Position numbers and translations under genes: made by a program
Shown: positions 10,054 through 20,197 of the stretch, piece after piece
Position numbering within the stretch: position 1 is the stretch's first letter
How the letters are laid out: each line of letters opens with the position of its first letter
The notes under the pieces: generated by a model
Database searches by the model: none
Told to the model about the DNA's origin: nothing
The model's input: the letters and a program-made list of their open reading frames with translations, nothing else
Assembly (NCBI GenBank): GCA_004558525.1
Contig: SFCQ01000004.1
Span: 15,345 to 79,344, forward strand
Origin: Clostridiales bacterium
GTDB taxonomy: Bacteria > Bacillota > Clostridia > Christensenellales > CAG-138
Reading direction: 5' to 3'
DNA length: 64,000 nucleotides

Positions 10054-10936
10054 GAAGGCATTGGCCGTTGCAAGATACGATTTCAGGCTTTGGCATAAGA
10101 ACCCGCGGATAATAATCAGCTTCTGCCTTGCGTTCGTGCTGTGCTTTCTGCTCTCGGACAAGGCGGTGAAGTTTGCAAAGGAGTACGACACCTCCATGCA
10201 GATAGTCGAGGCGTTCGTATGGACGTTTGGAGACAGCAACTCCATATTGCTCTCCTCTCTGCTGCTCCTGCTGCTTTTTGCCGATATGCCGTTCATAACC
10301 TCCGGCACTCCGTTTTATCTTATGCGCACAGACAGAAAAACGTGGCTTTTAGGCCAGACCCTCTATATAGGCGCATCGACAGCGATATATCTAATGTTCA
10401 TACTCGCCGCAACCAGCCTTGTCTGTATGCGGCAAAGCTTCACCGGCAATATGTGGTCAGAGACTGCCGCGATATTGGGTTATTCCGGCGCCGGAAAGAA
10501 GGTCGCGCTGCCTGCGCTTGTAAAAACGCTTGAGATGAGCCGCCCTTATCAGTGCATGATGACCATATTTCTGCTGATGCTTTTTTACGCGCTGCTGCTT
10601 GCTATGGTGATGCTGCTGTGTAACCTGTGGAAAGGCCAGCTCGCGGGCGTTATCGGCGCGTTTTCGTTCAGCCTGTTCGGCTTCCTGCTCAATCCGCAGA
10701 CCATAAAGGCGCTGTTCCAGCTTCCCGACGAGCTTATGTATAAGGCGAACGTTGCCATCGGCTGGTTGTCGCCATTGAATCACGCAACGTATCACATGCA
10801 TAACTTTGGCTATGACCTGCTGCCGCGGCTGTGGCAAACCTATTTGATATTCGGCGCGCTTATCGCCGCGTGCTTCTTCCTCTCGCTTCGGGCGGTGAAG
10901 AGGTACAGCTTCAATTTCACGGGGACGGAGGGCTGA
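10046..10936 (+). CDS. Polytopic membrane protein, ABC-2-type permease-like
   Basis: ATG at 10046 overlaps the upstream stop (ATGTTTAG) and follows a GGAAGGAGG RBS. Multiple TM segments. Confidence 0.5.
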   Translation: MFRKALAVARYDFRLWHKNPRIIISFCLAFVLCFLLSDKAVKFAKEYDTSMQIVEAFVWTFGDSNSILLSSLLLLLLFADMPFITSGTPFYLMRTDRKTWLLGQTLYIGASTAIYLMFILAATSLVCMRQSFTGNMWSETAAILGYSGAGKKVALPALVKTLEMSRPYQCMMTIFLLMLFYALLLAMVMLLCNLWKGQLAGVIGAFSFSLFGFLLNPQTIKALFQLPDELMYKANVAIGWLSPLNHATYHMHNFGYDLLPRLWQTYLIFGALIAACFFLSLRAVKRYSFNFTGTEG

Positions 10937-10937
10937 T

Positions 10938-11582
10938 ATGGATATTGCAATAAAAGTCGAGAATGTATCTAAGGACTTTGCCCAGGAAAGGGTGCTGCGT
11001 TCCGTCACGCGCAAGTTTGAATCGGGCTTGATACACGGCATCGTGGGCAACAACGGCTCGGGCAAAACGGTTCTTATGAAGTGCATATGCGGCTTCCTCG
11101 TGCCTACGGAGGGCAAAATAACCGTAAACGGCCAGATAGTGGGCAAGGACGTTGATTTCCCGGGAAATATGGGACTTATAATCGAAACGCCCGGCTTTTT
11201 GCCGAACGTAAGCGGGGTGAAGAATCTTGAGATACTGGCTTCCCTCAACAAAAAGATAGGCTTAAGCGAAATTGCCGAAGCCATACGCACGGTGGGCCTT
11301 GACCCAAAGCTCAATAAGCCGGTGGGCAAATACAGCCTCGGCATGAGGCAAAGGCTTGGCATAGCCCAGGCAATAATGGAGGACCCGAAGCTGCTTATAC
11401 TCGACGAGCCGCTAAACGGCCTTGACAAGCACGGCGTCGCCGAGATGCGCACCCTGATAAAAAGCCTTAAAGCAAAGGGCAAAACCATACTTTTGGCCAG
11501 CCACAATCAAGCCGACATCGACGAGCTTTGCGACACCGTCTGCGAGATGGACGCGGGCGTTATGACCATGCTAAGGGGGTAA
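10938..11582 (+). CDS. ABC transporter ATP-binding protein
   Basis: Walker A GNNGSGKT, signature YSLGMRQRL, Walker B LLILDEP. The start is 1 nt after the upstream stop. Confidence 0.9.
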   Translation: MDIAIKVENVSKDFAQERVLRSVTRKFESGLIHGIVGNNGSGKTVLMKCICGFLVPTEGKITVNGQIVGKDVDFPGNMGLIIETPGFLPNVSGVKNLEILASLNKKIGLSEIAEAIRTVGLDPKLNKPVGKYSLGMRQRLGIAQAIMEDPKLLILDEPLNGLDKHGVAEMRTLIKSLKAKGKTILLASHNQADIDELCDTVCEMDAGVMTMLRG

Positions 11583-11584
11583 AC

Positions 11585-12994
11585 ATGAAACGGTTTTTAG
11601 CTATAATACTTATACTTGCGCTTATCCTGCCGGCGTTTTCGTATGCGGAGGGCGAATCGCCTTCGCCGTCCACGACGGAGACGGCGCCGCCCTCTCCCGC
11701 TCCGCCCGAGCCTACGCCCACGCCAACGCCTATTGTGGACAGGCTCAGGATAGACGGCTACAATCTCTATCCCGGCATGATAAAGACCTACGCACAGGGC
11801 TATGTTCCGCTGGTGCAGGACGATGCCGCCTACATAGTGCTGCCCCTCATCGGTCAGGCTTACGACGGCATAGTGACCGTTACGGCCAACCTCGGTCAGA
11901 CGGCTGACAGCCCGTTCGTATACGGCAATTATTCGCAGACCCTCTCAGGCTGGGGGGTATATGTGTTCTGCTTTGAGATCCCGCTCATAAAAGGCAGGCT
12001 CAACGGCTCCTATCCCATAACGTTTACGGCAAACTATCTTGACGTGCTGGGCAAGATGGCGTCTGACACCTTCAGCGTATATGTCACCATAACAGACGGC
12101 AGGAACCCTCCCGACCCTAACGATATTCCCAAGGAGCCGGCCGAAAAGCCCGAGCTTTTCATATCCAGCTGCACGTTAGAGCCAGACGCCGTCACAGGCG
12201 GCGAGGAATTTACGGTGACCGTGAGCATAGACAACATAGGCAACATACGGGCAAGGAGCGTAAAGCTCTCATTCGGCAGCACTGCCGAGGGCATACTTCC
12301 AGCCGGTACCGACAACGCAATTTTGCTCGACAACATAGCCAGCGAAGGCTCGGCTACGGCTTCATTCAGATTAAAGACCACCAAAGACGTGCTTGCCGGA
12401 AACCAGAGCTTCTTCGTTAACCTCGACTACGTTGACCTGTACGGCGGAACATACTCCAGCCAAAGGCAGTTTTTGATAAGCGTGACCCAGCCGGTCGAGA
12501 TGAGCTGGGACGCCATATCCGTTCCCAAGGAGATAACCGCGGGCGAGACGATAGCTCTTCCCGCAAATGTGTTCAACGTGGGCAAGGCAACGTTAAGGAA
12601 CGTGTCCGTCACGATAGAGGGCGCTGGGTTCTTCCCCGTGTCTACCGTATTCTTAGGCGATATCGCGCCCTCTCAGGCGGGCTATGGCGAGATGAAGGTA
12701 TTCATAGGCATGCTCAGCATGAGCGAGGGCTACAGCGAAAGCTACGGCAAGACCTCTGGCCGCTACACCGTGACGTACTATGACGATGCCGGCCGGGCAT
12801 ACACCGCAGAGCAGACGTTTTCAACGGAAATAAAGCAGCCCGTTATCGAGGCCGACAAGTCTCAGGCCGAAAAAGAGGCCGCCAAGCCCGTTATACAGTG
12901 GTGGGTGGCGGCGATGGTCGGCCTTGCGGCAATAGCGATAATAGTTGCTGTGATAATAATAAGCAAATTCTCGCGCATGCTAAAGATGCGTTAA
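11585..12994 (+). CDS. Cell-surface protein with Ig-like/CARDB-like repeats and a C-terminal TM anchor
   Basis: Signal peptide MKRFLAIILILALILPAFSYA and a Pro/Thr linker. Repeated beta-rich modules (GGEEFTVTVSIDNIGN.., AGETIALPANVFNVGK..). C-terminal TM segment WWVAAMVGLAAIAIIVAVIII. Confidence 0.55.
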   Translation: MKRFLAIILILALILPAFSYAEGESPSPSTTETAPPSPAPPEPTPTPTPIVDRLRIDGYNLYPGMIKTYAQGYVPLVQDDAAYIVLPLIGQAYDGIVTVTANLGQTADSPFVYGNYSQTLSGWGVYVFCFEIPLIKGRLNGSYPITFTANYLDVLGKMASDTFSVYVTITDGRNPPDPNDIPKEPAEKPELFISSCTLEPDAVTGGEEFTVTVSIDNIGNIRARSVKLSFGSTAEGILPAGTDNAILLDNIASEGSATASFRLKTTKDVLAGNQSFFVNLDYVDLYGGTYSSQRQFLISVTQPVEMSWDAISVPKEITAGETIALPANVFNVGKATLRNVSVTIEGAGFFPVSTVFLGDIAPSQAGYGEMKVFIGMLSMSEGYSESYGKTSGRYTVTYYDDAGRAYTAEQTFSTEIKQPVIEADKSQAEKEAAKPVIQWWVAAMVGLAAIAIIVAVIIISKFSRMLKMR

Positions 12995-13025
12995 GCATGG
13001 CCCGTATTCAGCGCACCGGCAAGCG

Positions 13026-13096
13026 CAGGGCCGTTAAGGGGCAGCCGCCCCGCAATTTCCCAAAAAAGTGGCTGAACGCCACTTTTTCGACACTCT
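13026..13096 (-). repeat. Internally deleted (~70 bp) copy of the 200-bp hairpin-rich repeat family
   Basis: Keeps TTAAGGGGCAGCCGCCCC and AAAAAAGTGGCTGAACGCCACTTTTTCGACACTCT. Lacks the three central hairpins. Lies between the convergent stops at 12994 and 13100. Confidence 0.6.
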
Positions 13097-13099
13097 CCA

Positions 13100-13681
13100 T
13101 TACTTTTTGTTTCTCAGATTGGGGCCGGGGTCGCCCTGCTTCCAATGCCTCCGGCAAAGGCTGACGTATTTGTCGTCTGCGCCGAGCACCACCTGCTCGC
13201 CCTGCTTGGTTATGCCTCCCTTGCCGTCAAGGCGGGCATTGCATATCGCCTTGCGGCCGCACCAGCAAATCGTCTTTACCTCCTCTATGCTGTCCGCCCA
13301 GGCGAGCAGCCACTTGCTGCCTTCAAAAAGCTCTCCCCTGAAATCGGCCCTTAAGCCGTAGCAGATTACCGGCACGTTGTAATCGTCAACTATATCCGTA
13401 AGCAGCTCTACCTCTTTTTTGCTCAAAAACTGGGCTTCGTCAACTATTATGCAGTCGTAATCCCTGCGCTTCACGGCTTGCATATCCAGCTCGTCAAACA
13501 GGGTGCATTCGTCCATAACTCCGCTTCTGCTCTTCATTATATGCAAGCCGTCCCTCGTGTCGGTCCTCGGCTTTACAAGAATTGCGCGCTGGCCCTGCTC
13601 GCCGTAGTTATATTTTACCATTATAGCGTTGGCGGTCTTGCTGGAGCTCATCGCCCCGTATCTGAAATACAGCTTTGCCAT
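13100..13681 (-). CDS. tdk: Thymidine kinase
   Basis: 193 aa. P-loop GAMSSSKT, IIVDEAQF, and zinc-ribbon cysteines C..C...C..H near the C-terminus. Confidence 0.92.
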   Translation of the reverse strand: MAKLYFRYGAMSSSKTANAIMVKYNYGEQGQRAILVKPRTDTRDGLHIMKSRSGVMDECTLFDELDMQAVKRRDYDCIIVDEAQFLSKKEVELLTDIVDDYNVPVICYGLRADFRGELFEGSKWLLAWADSIEEVKTICWCGRKAICNARLDGKGGITKQGEQVVLGADDKYVSLCRRHWKQGDPGPNLRNKK

Positions 13682-13808
13682 TTCGTTTCCCCTTCGGATT
13701 TGATATGCTACATTATATCAAACCCGCCAGAATATATAAAGCCGCAAAAACTGTTTATGTTATGACAAAGGTATGATAGAATATAAAAAACATTTCAGGA
13801 GGTTATTT

Positions 13809-14999
13809 ATGGCTATAAATATATATCAGGTTCAAAGCCCGCTTTCGCAGGTCACGCGCAACCATACGGACGCTTATCTTAAGACCGTCGGCGACGCCCT
13901 CGGCGAAGAGCTTAAAAGGGTAGAGCTTGACGAGTTTGAAAAGTCGCCGTTCGGGCTGGTATTTGTGGCCTCCGGCGGAAGCGAGGGCATATTCAAGGCC
14001 GGCTATGAGCATTTTTCCGAAAAGCCATGCTACATACTTACCAGCGGCGAAAGCAACTCGCTTGCCGCCAGCATGGAGATACTTTCATTTTTGCAGGAAC
14101 GCGGCAAGCGCGGCGAGATAATACACGGCAGCGTTGCCGACGTTGCAAGGCGCATAAGGGCGCTTGAAAAGGCATACCGCGCACTTGGCAGGCTTAAGGG
14201 AATGAGAATGGGTACGATAGGCGCGCCCTCTGACTGGCTGATAGCGAGCGATACCGACGGCAGGGCTTACGGCGAAAAGATAGGCCTTACTCTTGTGCCG
14301 GTGCCTATAGAGGAGCTTATAAGCGAAGCCAACAGGGGCGGCTACGAGCCGAACGAATATACCGAAAAGCTCATGGCCCTGGGCTACGACAAGGAGGAGA
14401 TGCGCAAGAGCTTCAACGTGTACGGCGCGCTCAAGCGCATAATAAAAAAGTATGATCTTAATGCGGTAACGGTGCGCTGCTTCGACCTGCTGGACACCGT
14501 CTGTTCTACCGGCTGTCTCGGCCTCGCCATACTCAATGCGGAGGGCATATATGCCGGCTGCGAAGGCGATATACCGTCAGCCGTGTCCATGGCGATACTC
14601 GGCGCGGTATCCGGCGAGCCCGTGTTCCTGTGCAATCCGAGCAGGATTGACACCGCCGCCGGGGAGATGATACTTGCCCACTGCACACTGCCCGTAAATA
14701 TGCCCAAGAGCATGAAGCTTATGACCCATTATGAATCAAACAGCGGCGTTGCCATAGCCGGCGAGATACAAACGGGAGCATGCACCATATTCAAGGCGGA
14801 CGGCGAGCTGAGCCGCTATTTTGCAAAGAAGGCCGAGCTTGTTGAAAACCTGCATGAGACACACCTTTGCCGCACGCAGATAAAGCTTAAGCTCGACGAT
14901 TTTTCATACTTCCTTAAGCACCCGATAAACAACCACCACACCGTGTGCCGCGGCGACCACGTTGACGCGCTTGAGGAGTTCTTCAACCTGATAGGCTGA
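13809..14999 (+). CDS. L-fucose/L-arabinose isomerase-family protein (putative sugar isomerase)
   Basis: ATG at 13809 after an AGGAGG RBS. About 396 aa with the layout and C-terminal NNHHTVCRGDHV typical of this family. Family call made from memory. Confidence 0.5.
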   Translation: MAINIYQVQSPLSQVTRNHTDAYLKTVGDALGEELKRVELDEFEKSPFGLVFVASGGSEGIFKAGYEHFSEKPCYILTSGESNSLAASMEILSFLQERGKRGEIIHGSVADVARRIRALEKAYRALGRLKGMRMGTIGAPSDWLIASDTDGRAYGEKIGLTLVPVPIEELISEANRGGYEPNEYTEKLMALGYDKEEMRKSFNVYGALKRIIKKYDLNAVTVRCFDLLDTVCSTGCLGLAILNAEGIYAGCEGDIPSAVSMAILGAVSGEPVFLCNPSRIDTAAGEMILAHCTLPVNMPKSMKLMTHYESNSGVAIAGEIQTGACTIFKADGELSRYFAKKAELVENLHETHLCRTQIKLKLDDFSYFLKHPINNHHTVCRGDHVDALEEFFNLIG

Positions 15000-15023
15000 G
15001 TATTAAAGTCATATATTGCCTAT

Positions 15024-15055
15024 GCGCCGCTATCGCCCTGATAGCGGCGCTTTTT
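15024..15055 (+). terminator. Intrinsic terminator
   Basis: GCGCCGCTAT-CGCCCTG-ATAGCGGCGC followed by TTTTT. Confidence 0.7.
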
Positions 15056-15188
15056 CAGCATGTGTACAGGACGTTAATATATATATAATCAATTTATGCT
15101 TCCAAAATGAAAGTTTTTTTGATAGAATAAGAAGTACCGTGCGGCGGATAGCCGCATGGCCAATAATCAAACGGAGGATTAGCACAAA

Positions 15189-16298
15189 ATGAAGAAATTT
15201 GTTGCTCTGATTCTGGCTCTGGTTCTTGCCATAGCCGTCTTCGGCTGCGCAGCTCCCGCTGTCGATCAGCCCGAAAACACCACTCCCGTGGAGAACACGA
15301 ACACTCCTGCGGATACCGCAGCCCCCGCTGACACCACCGAGCCCACCGGTGACAATAAGGCCCCCTATCGCGTAGCCATGGTCACCGACACCGGCGGAAT
15401 CAACGACCAGTCCTTCAACGCGCTTGCCTGGGCAGGCCTGCAGAGGGCTGAGCAGGAGCTCGGCTGCGAGGTCAAGTACTTCGAGTCCAAGACCGATGCC
15501 GACTACGCTCCCAACCTTGAGACCGCTGTGGACGAAGGCTATGACCTTATCCTCTGCATCGGCTTCATGATGGCCGACACCCTTTCCGAGGTCGCCGCCA
15601 ACTATCCCGATAAGAGCTTTGCCATCATCGACAACGGCAGCGTTGGCCCCAATGTTACCGGCGTCAACTTTGCTACCGAGCAGTGCTCCTATCTGGTAGG
15701 CGTTGCCGCCGCCACCATGACCCAGACCAACAACGTTGGCTTCGTCATCGGCATGGTAAGCCCCCTGATGAACACCTTCGGCTACGGCTACTATGCCGGC
15801 GTCCGTGACACCAATCCCGACTGCCAGATACAGTGCTACAACGCCAACAACTTTGGCGATGTTGCCGGCGGCAAGTCCGCTACCCTCAACATGTACACCA
15901 ACGGCGCAGACATCGTTTACCATGCTGCCGGCGGTACCGGCCTTGGCGTTATAGAGGCCGCCAAGGAGCAGGGCAAGCTGGCTATAGGCGTTGACCAGGA
16001 TCAGTCCTACCTGGCCCCCGAAGCCGTGCTGACCAGCGCCGTGAAGCGCGTTGACAACGGCGTGTTTGAGCTTTGCAAGGCCGGTGTTGAAGGCACCCTG
16101 ACCGCTGGCGACGTCAATTACGACATCACCACCGGCGCTGTTGACATTGCCGAGACCGACACCCTTATGAGCGACGAGTGCAAGGCCGCCGTGGCCGCCG
16201 CCAAGGAGAAGATCCTCTCCGGCGAGATAAAGGTCCCCGCCACTGCCGAGGAATTCGATGCCCTCTACGGCGCTGACTTCTACACTCTGGACGACTGA
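15189..16298 (+). CDS. BMP-family (PnrA/Med-like) nucleoside-binding lipoprotein of an ABC importer
   Basis: Lipobox AVFGC and a Thr/Pro linker. Typical BMP core (VAMVTDTGGINDQSFN, GFVIGM, GVDQDQ). Confidence 0.88.
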   Translation: MKKFVALILALVLAIAVFGCAAPAVDQPENTTPVENTNTPADTAAPADTTEPTGDNKAPYRVAMVTDTGGINDQSFNALAWAGLQRAEQELGCEVKYFESKTDADYAPNLETAVDEGYDLILCIGFMMADTLSEVAANYPDKSFAIIDNGSVGPNVTGVNFATEQCSYLVGVAAATMTQTNNVGFVIGMVSPLMNTFGYGYYAGVRDTNPDCQIQCYNANNFGDVAGGKSATLNMYTNGADIVYHAAGGTGLGVIEAAKEQGKLAIGVDQDQSYLAPEAVLTSAVKRVDNGVFELCKAGVEGTLTAGDVNYDITTGAVDIAETDTLMSDECKAAVAAAKEKILSGEIKVPATAEEFDALYGADFYTLDD

Positions 16299-16311
16299 TA
16301 ATCAAACAGGC

Positions 16312-16345
16312 AAATCCCTGCCCGCAGAGCGGGCAGGGATTTGTT
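16312..16345 (+). terminator. Strong intra-operon hairpin (partial terminator/attenuator) after the binding-protein gene
   Basis: AAATCCCTGCCCGC-AGAG-GCGGGCAGGGATTT followed by a short T-tract (TTTGTT). Confidence 0.5.
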
Positions 16346-16375
16346 ATAAAAAATACAAAGGGGAGGTGAGCCGGC

Positions 16376-17929
16376 TTGGAGGATAAAGGGCGCATAGATA
16401 TGAATTGCCCGACTGTTGAAATGAGGAACATAGTTAAGATGTTCGGAACCTTCAAAGCCAACGACGGTATAAACCTGACCGTTCATAAGGGCGAGATACA
16501 CGCCATATTGGGTGAAAACGGCGCAGGCAAATCAACGCTTATGAACATTCTGTATGGCCTGTACCACCCGACCTCGGGCCAGATACTCATAAACGGCAAA
16601 AAAGTCTCCATTTCAGGGCCAAACAAAGCCATAAAGCTTGGCATAGGCATGGTGCATCAGCACTTTATGCTGGTGCAGCCGTTCACGGTAACGGAAAACA
16701 TCATTTTGGGCTTGGAGCCTATGCTGCCGCTGGGCATGGTCAACATGAAGGCAGCGCGCAAAAAGGTGAACGAGATATCCGAGCGTTACGGCCTTAACGT
16801 AAATGCCGACGCTAAAATAGAGGACATATCCGTGGGCATGCAGCAGCGTGCGGAAATACTTAAGGTGCTGTATCGCGGCGCAGATATACTTATACTTGAC
16901 GAGCCCACCGCGTCGCTTACTCCTCAGGAGATTGAGGAGCTTGTTCAAATAATGCATAACCTTGCGCGCGAGGGCAAGAGCATAATACTTATAACCCACA
17001 AGCTTAAGGAGATAAAGGAGGCTGCCGATTACTGCACGATAATCAGGCAGGGCAAATATATAGACACCGTAAAGGTTGCGGACACGACGGAGCAGCAGCT
17101 CGCCTCCATGATGGTCGGCCGCAACGTGGAATTCAAGGTGGACAAGGCCGATATAGAGCGCGGAGACGTCGCGCTTGAGGTACACGACTTGCACGCCAGG
17201 GATTACAGGGATGTTGAGGTGCTGCGCGGCCTCGATCTCAAGGTCAGCAAGGGCGAGATAGTCGGCATAGCCGGTATAGACGGCAACGGCCAGACCGAGC
17301 TTGTCGAGATACTTACGGGCCTTAAAAAAGCGACCTCCGGCACCATAACCATGAACGGCCACGACGCATACAACAAAACGCCGAGGCAGCTGTTTGACAT
17401 GGGCATATCCAGCATACCGGCGGACAGGCATAAGCACGGCCTTGTGCTTGATTTTTCGGTTGAGGATAATCTGCTGCTGCAAAACATAGGCGAAAAGCCC
17501 TTCTCCTCTCACGGCGTTATCAACCAGAAGGCTATAGACGAGCATGCCTCTGAGCTTATAGAAAAATATGACATACGCCCAAGAGGCTGCGAGCATGAAA
17601 ACGCGGGCGATCTTTCCGGCGGCAACCAGCAGAAGGTCATAATCGCAAGAGAAGTCACGAACGACAAGGATCTTCTTATAGCCGTTAACCCCACGCGCGG
17701 GCTTGACGTTGGTGCGATTGAGTATGTACACAAGTACATAGTGGATCAGCGCAACAAGCACAAGGCCGTGCTGCTGGTGAGCTTTGAGCTTGATGAGGTT
17801 ATGAGCCTTTCGGACAGGATAGACGTTATATTCGAAGGCAGGATAGTCGGCTCCGTAAAGGGCGGCGAGGCTGACGAAAAGCAGCTTGGCCTTATGATGG
17901 CAGGAGGAGGTACTGCGCATGAACAGTAA
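16376..17929 (+). CDS. ABC transporter ATP-binding protein with two ATPase domains
   Basis: TTG start with a [29 protein letters not shown] and ILILDEP in the first half. LSGGNQQK in the second half. Confidence 0.9.
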   Translation: MEDKGRIDMNCPTVEMRNIVKMFGTFKANDGINLTVHKGEIHAILGENGAGKSTLMNILYGLYHPTSGQILINGKKVSISGPNKAIKLGIGMVHQHFMLVQPFTVTENIILGLEPMLPLGMVNMKAARKKVNEISERYGLNVNADAKIEDISVGMQQRAEILKVLYRGADILILDEPTASLTPQEIEELVQIMHNLAREGKSIILITHKLKEIKEAADYCTIIRQGKYIDTVKVADTTEQQLASMMVGRNVEFKVDKADIERGDVALEVHDLHARDYRDVEVLRGLDLKVSKGEIVGIAGIDGNGQTELVEILTGLKKATSGTITMNGHDAYNKTPRQLFDMGISSIPADRHKHGLVLDFSVEDNLLLQNIGEKPFSSHGVINQKAIDEHASELIEKYDIRPRGCEHENAGDLSGGNQQKVIIAREVTNDKDLLIAVNPTRGLDVGAIEYVHKYIVDQRNKHKAVLLVSFELDEVMSLSDRIDVIFEGRIVGSVKGGEADEKQLGLMMAGGGTAHEQ

Positions 17930-18992
17930 AAACAAGCTCAGCTTTGGCGAAAGGCTGCTCGAAAGCGCATTTACCTATACGCTTATTTCGATAATAATCG
18001 GCTTTATCGTGGGCGCCGTGGCGCTTGTCATCGCGGGCTACGACCCTATCGAGTCCTATGGCAAGCTGTTCGGCGTAATATTCCGCTCCACAAAGAATAT
18101 GTCCTACAGCTTTATAGAATACTCCGTACCGTATATACTTACGGGTCTTTCCGTAGCATTCGCCTTCAAAACGGGCGTATTCAACATAGGCGCTGAGGGC
18201 CAGTATGTAATGGGCAGCGTTGCGGCCATGCTTGTAGGCGTGTTCGTGCAGGCTCCCGCGTATATACATATTCCGCTTTGCATAATCACGGCCCTTGTTG
18301 TGGGCGCGCTTTGGGGCGGGCTGGTAGGCTTCCTTAAGGTCAGGTTCGGCGCGCACGAGGTGCTGTGCATGATAATGTTCAACTGGATAGCCTACTATTT
18401 TTCAAACTTTATAGTAAACCTTAAATCCGTAAACGTAGGCGACGGCAAAACATGGTCAAGGCTCATACAGGATACGGCAAAGATAACCACCGCCGATTGG
18501 CTGCCCGGGCTTTCGCCGCACGCGCATTTCGGCATATTCATCGCGCTCTTCTGCGTTGTGCTCATTTACTATATAATCAACCGCACCACGCTCGGCTTCA
18601 AGCTCAAGGCCGTAGGCTTCAACCGCTCCGCCGCCGAATACGCCGGCATAAATGCAAACGGCTCCGTCATGGCCGCGCTTTCAATATCCGGCATGCTCGC
18701 CTCCCTTGCGGGCGCGTTGCAGGTGATGGGCGTAACATACAAGATAAGCCAGTTTGCAGGTCAGGAGGGTTACGGTTTCCAGGGCATAACGGTCGCCCTT
18801 ATCGGCGGCACCAATCCGTTCGGCGTGCTGCTGGGAGCCGAGTTCTTCGGCGCAATGAAGTTTGGCGGCACGCGCTTTGACGCGCCAAGCGAGATAGTTG
18901 ACATAATAATGGGCTGCATAGTCCTGTGCATAGCCATATCCAACCTGTTAAGGCTTGTTGTACGCAACAAAAAGAAGGGAGGTACAGTATAA
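17919..18992 (+). CDS. ABC transporter permease (BMP system)
   Basis: 357 aa, polytopic. Overlaps the ATPase stop by 11 nt. Confidence 0.88.
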   Translation: MNSKNKLSFGERLLESAFTYTLISIIIGFIVGAVALVIAGYDPIESYGKLFGVIFRSTKNMSYSFIEYSVPYILTGLSVAFAFKTGVFNIGAEGQYVMGSVAAMLVGVFVQAPAYIHIPLCIITALVVGALWGGLVGFLKVRFGAHEVLCMIMFNWIAYYFSNFIVNLKSVNVGDGKTWSRLIQDTAKITTADWLPGLSPHAHFGIFIALFCVVLIYYIINRTTLGFKLKAVGFNRSAAEYAGINANGSVMAALSISGMLASLAGALQVMGVTYKISQFAGQEGYGFQGITVALIGGTNPFGVLLGAEFFGAMKFGGTRFDAPSEIVDIIMGCIVLCIAISNLLRLVVRNKKKGGTV

Positions 18993-19960
18993 TGGATCAG
19001 GTTTTGAAAACGCTCGGCATACTGCTCAACGCTACCTTAATGTATACTCCCCCGCTGCTGTTTGCGGCGCTTGGCTCCTGCTGCTCTGAAAAATCCGGCG
19101 TCATAAACATCGGTATTGAGGGTATGATGACCGTTGGCGCCTTCACCGGCGCTGCCGTGGGCTATTTCAGCGGCGACCCCTGGCTTGCGTTCATATGCGC
19201 GGGCCTTGCCGGGGCTTTGTTCGCATTTATACACGGCTTTGCCTGCATAACCTGCAAGGCGGACCAGACCATATCCGGCACCGCCATCAACTTCCTTGCA
19301 AGCGGCATATCGATATACGTTTGCAGGCTGCTTTTTGCAGGCAATACCGAAACGCACCCCGTACCCAACAAGCTGCCCAGGATACTTAACAGCTTTTTCG
19401 AATGGTGCAGCGCCAACCTTTCCTGGGGAAAGGCCTTTGAGAAAAACGGCTTCCTCGACAACGTGTTTAACACATACGCCTCGGCATATATAGCGTTTTT
19501 GCTGGTGATAGTGATATGGTTCATATTCTACAAGACCCGCTTCGGCCTTAGGCTCAGGGCCGTCGGCGAACATCCTCAGGCTGCCGATACGCTTGGCGTT
19601 AACGTTACCTTGGTAAGGTACATATGCGTTACCCTTTCGGGCCTTCTCGCCGGACTTGGCGGCGCAAGCATAACGCTTGCAACGGTATCCGCCTTCCGTC
19701 CGTCAATAGTGATAGGCCAGGGCTTCATAGCCATTGCGGCCGTTATATTCGGCAAGTTTAAGCCGCAGGGCGCAATGCTCGGCTGCATACTGTTCGGCTT
19801 CTGCAACGGCCTTAAGGTGGTGGTCGGCTCAAGCGGCTCCATACCGGTCAATATAATTTCTATGATACCTTATGTCGTTACCATAATCGCGCTTATACTC
19901 TTCGTTGGCAAGGCGCATGTTCCCGCGGCAAACGGCAAACCGTACATCAAGTCAAAATGA
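18992..19960 (+). CDS. ABC transporter permease (BMP system)
   Basis: ATG at 18992 overlaps the upstream TAA (TAATG) and follows GAAGGGAGG. Polytopic. Confidence 0.88.
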   Translation: MDQVLKTLGILLNATLMYTPPLLFAALGSCCSEKSGVINIGIEGMMTVGAFTGAAVGYFSGDPWLAFICAGLAGALFAFIHGFACITCKADQTISGTAINFLASGISIYVCRLLFAGNTETHPVPNKLPRILNSFFEWCSANLSWGKAFEKNGFLDNVFNTYASAYIAFLLVIVIWFIFYKTRFGLRLRAVGEHPQAADTLGVNVTLVRYICVTLSGLLAGLGGASITLATVSAFRPSIVIGQGFIAIAAVIFGKFKPQGAMLGCILFGFCNGLKVVVGSSGSIPVNIISMIPYVVTIIALILFVGKAHVPAANGKPYIKSK

Positions 19961-19997
19961 ATTAACGTTGCAAAAGGGCGGCCGCTTGGCCGCCCTC

Positions 19998-20197
19998 AGT
20001 CTGTCAAAAAAGTGGCTGGTCGCCACTTTTTTTGAGTTTTTTCGGGTTTCGCCTCTCGCATTCGCTCCCGGGCGGCAAAAGTAGCAAAGTACGAAAACCT
20101 TTGGGTTTTCATCCGTTCTGACGCACATGTCGTCATAGCCGGATTAAACATAAGGGGCTGCGGCCCCTTATCAACCCAGGGGTTTTTTGACACTCTG
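19998..20197 (+). mobile_element. MITE-like hairpin-rich repeat, copy A (200 bp)
   Basis: Bounded by AGTCTGTCAAAAAA ... TTTTTTGACACTCTG. Carries the family hairpins. Sits directly after the terminator stem GGGCGGCC-GCTT-GGCCGCCC (19976-19995) and 4 nt from the DUF3343 gene stop codon. Confidence 0.75.

Noticed and set aside
16613-17935. Very long antisense ORFs opposite well-supported genes: 16613..17935-, 43910..45385+, 42817..43863+, 10457..11506-, 37492..38436+, 47974..48894+, 8270..9064-, 15030..15923-.
   Set aside because: Their translations are low-complexity (Arg/His/Ala/Leu/Tyr-rich) and lack RBSs. They mirror genes that have clear family motifs. Long stop-free antisense frames are expected with this codon bias.
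19996-20193. Short ORFs inside the repeat copies, such as MKTFRFSYLSGFAARERMREAKP... (also 55509..55700-, 36725..37021+, 39356..39772+), which could be taken for a conserved small protein.
   Set aside because: Indels between copies shift the frame. Copy D reads in a different frame and copy E lacks most of it. Conservation follows the hairpin stems, so the element is treated as non-coding.
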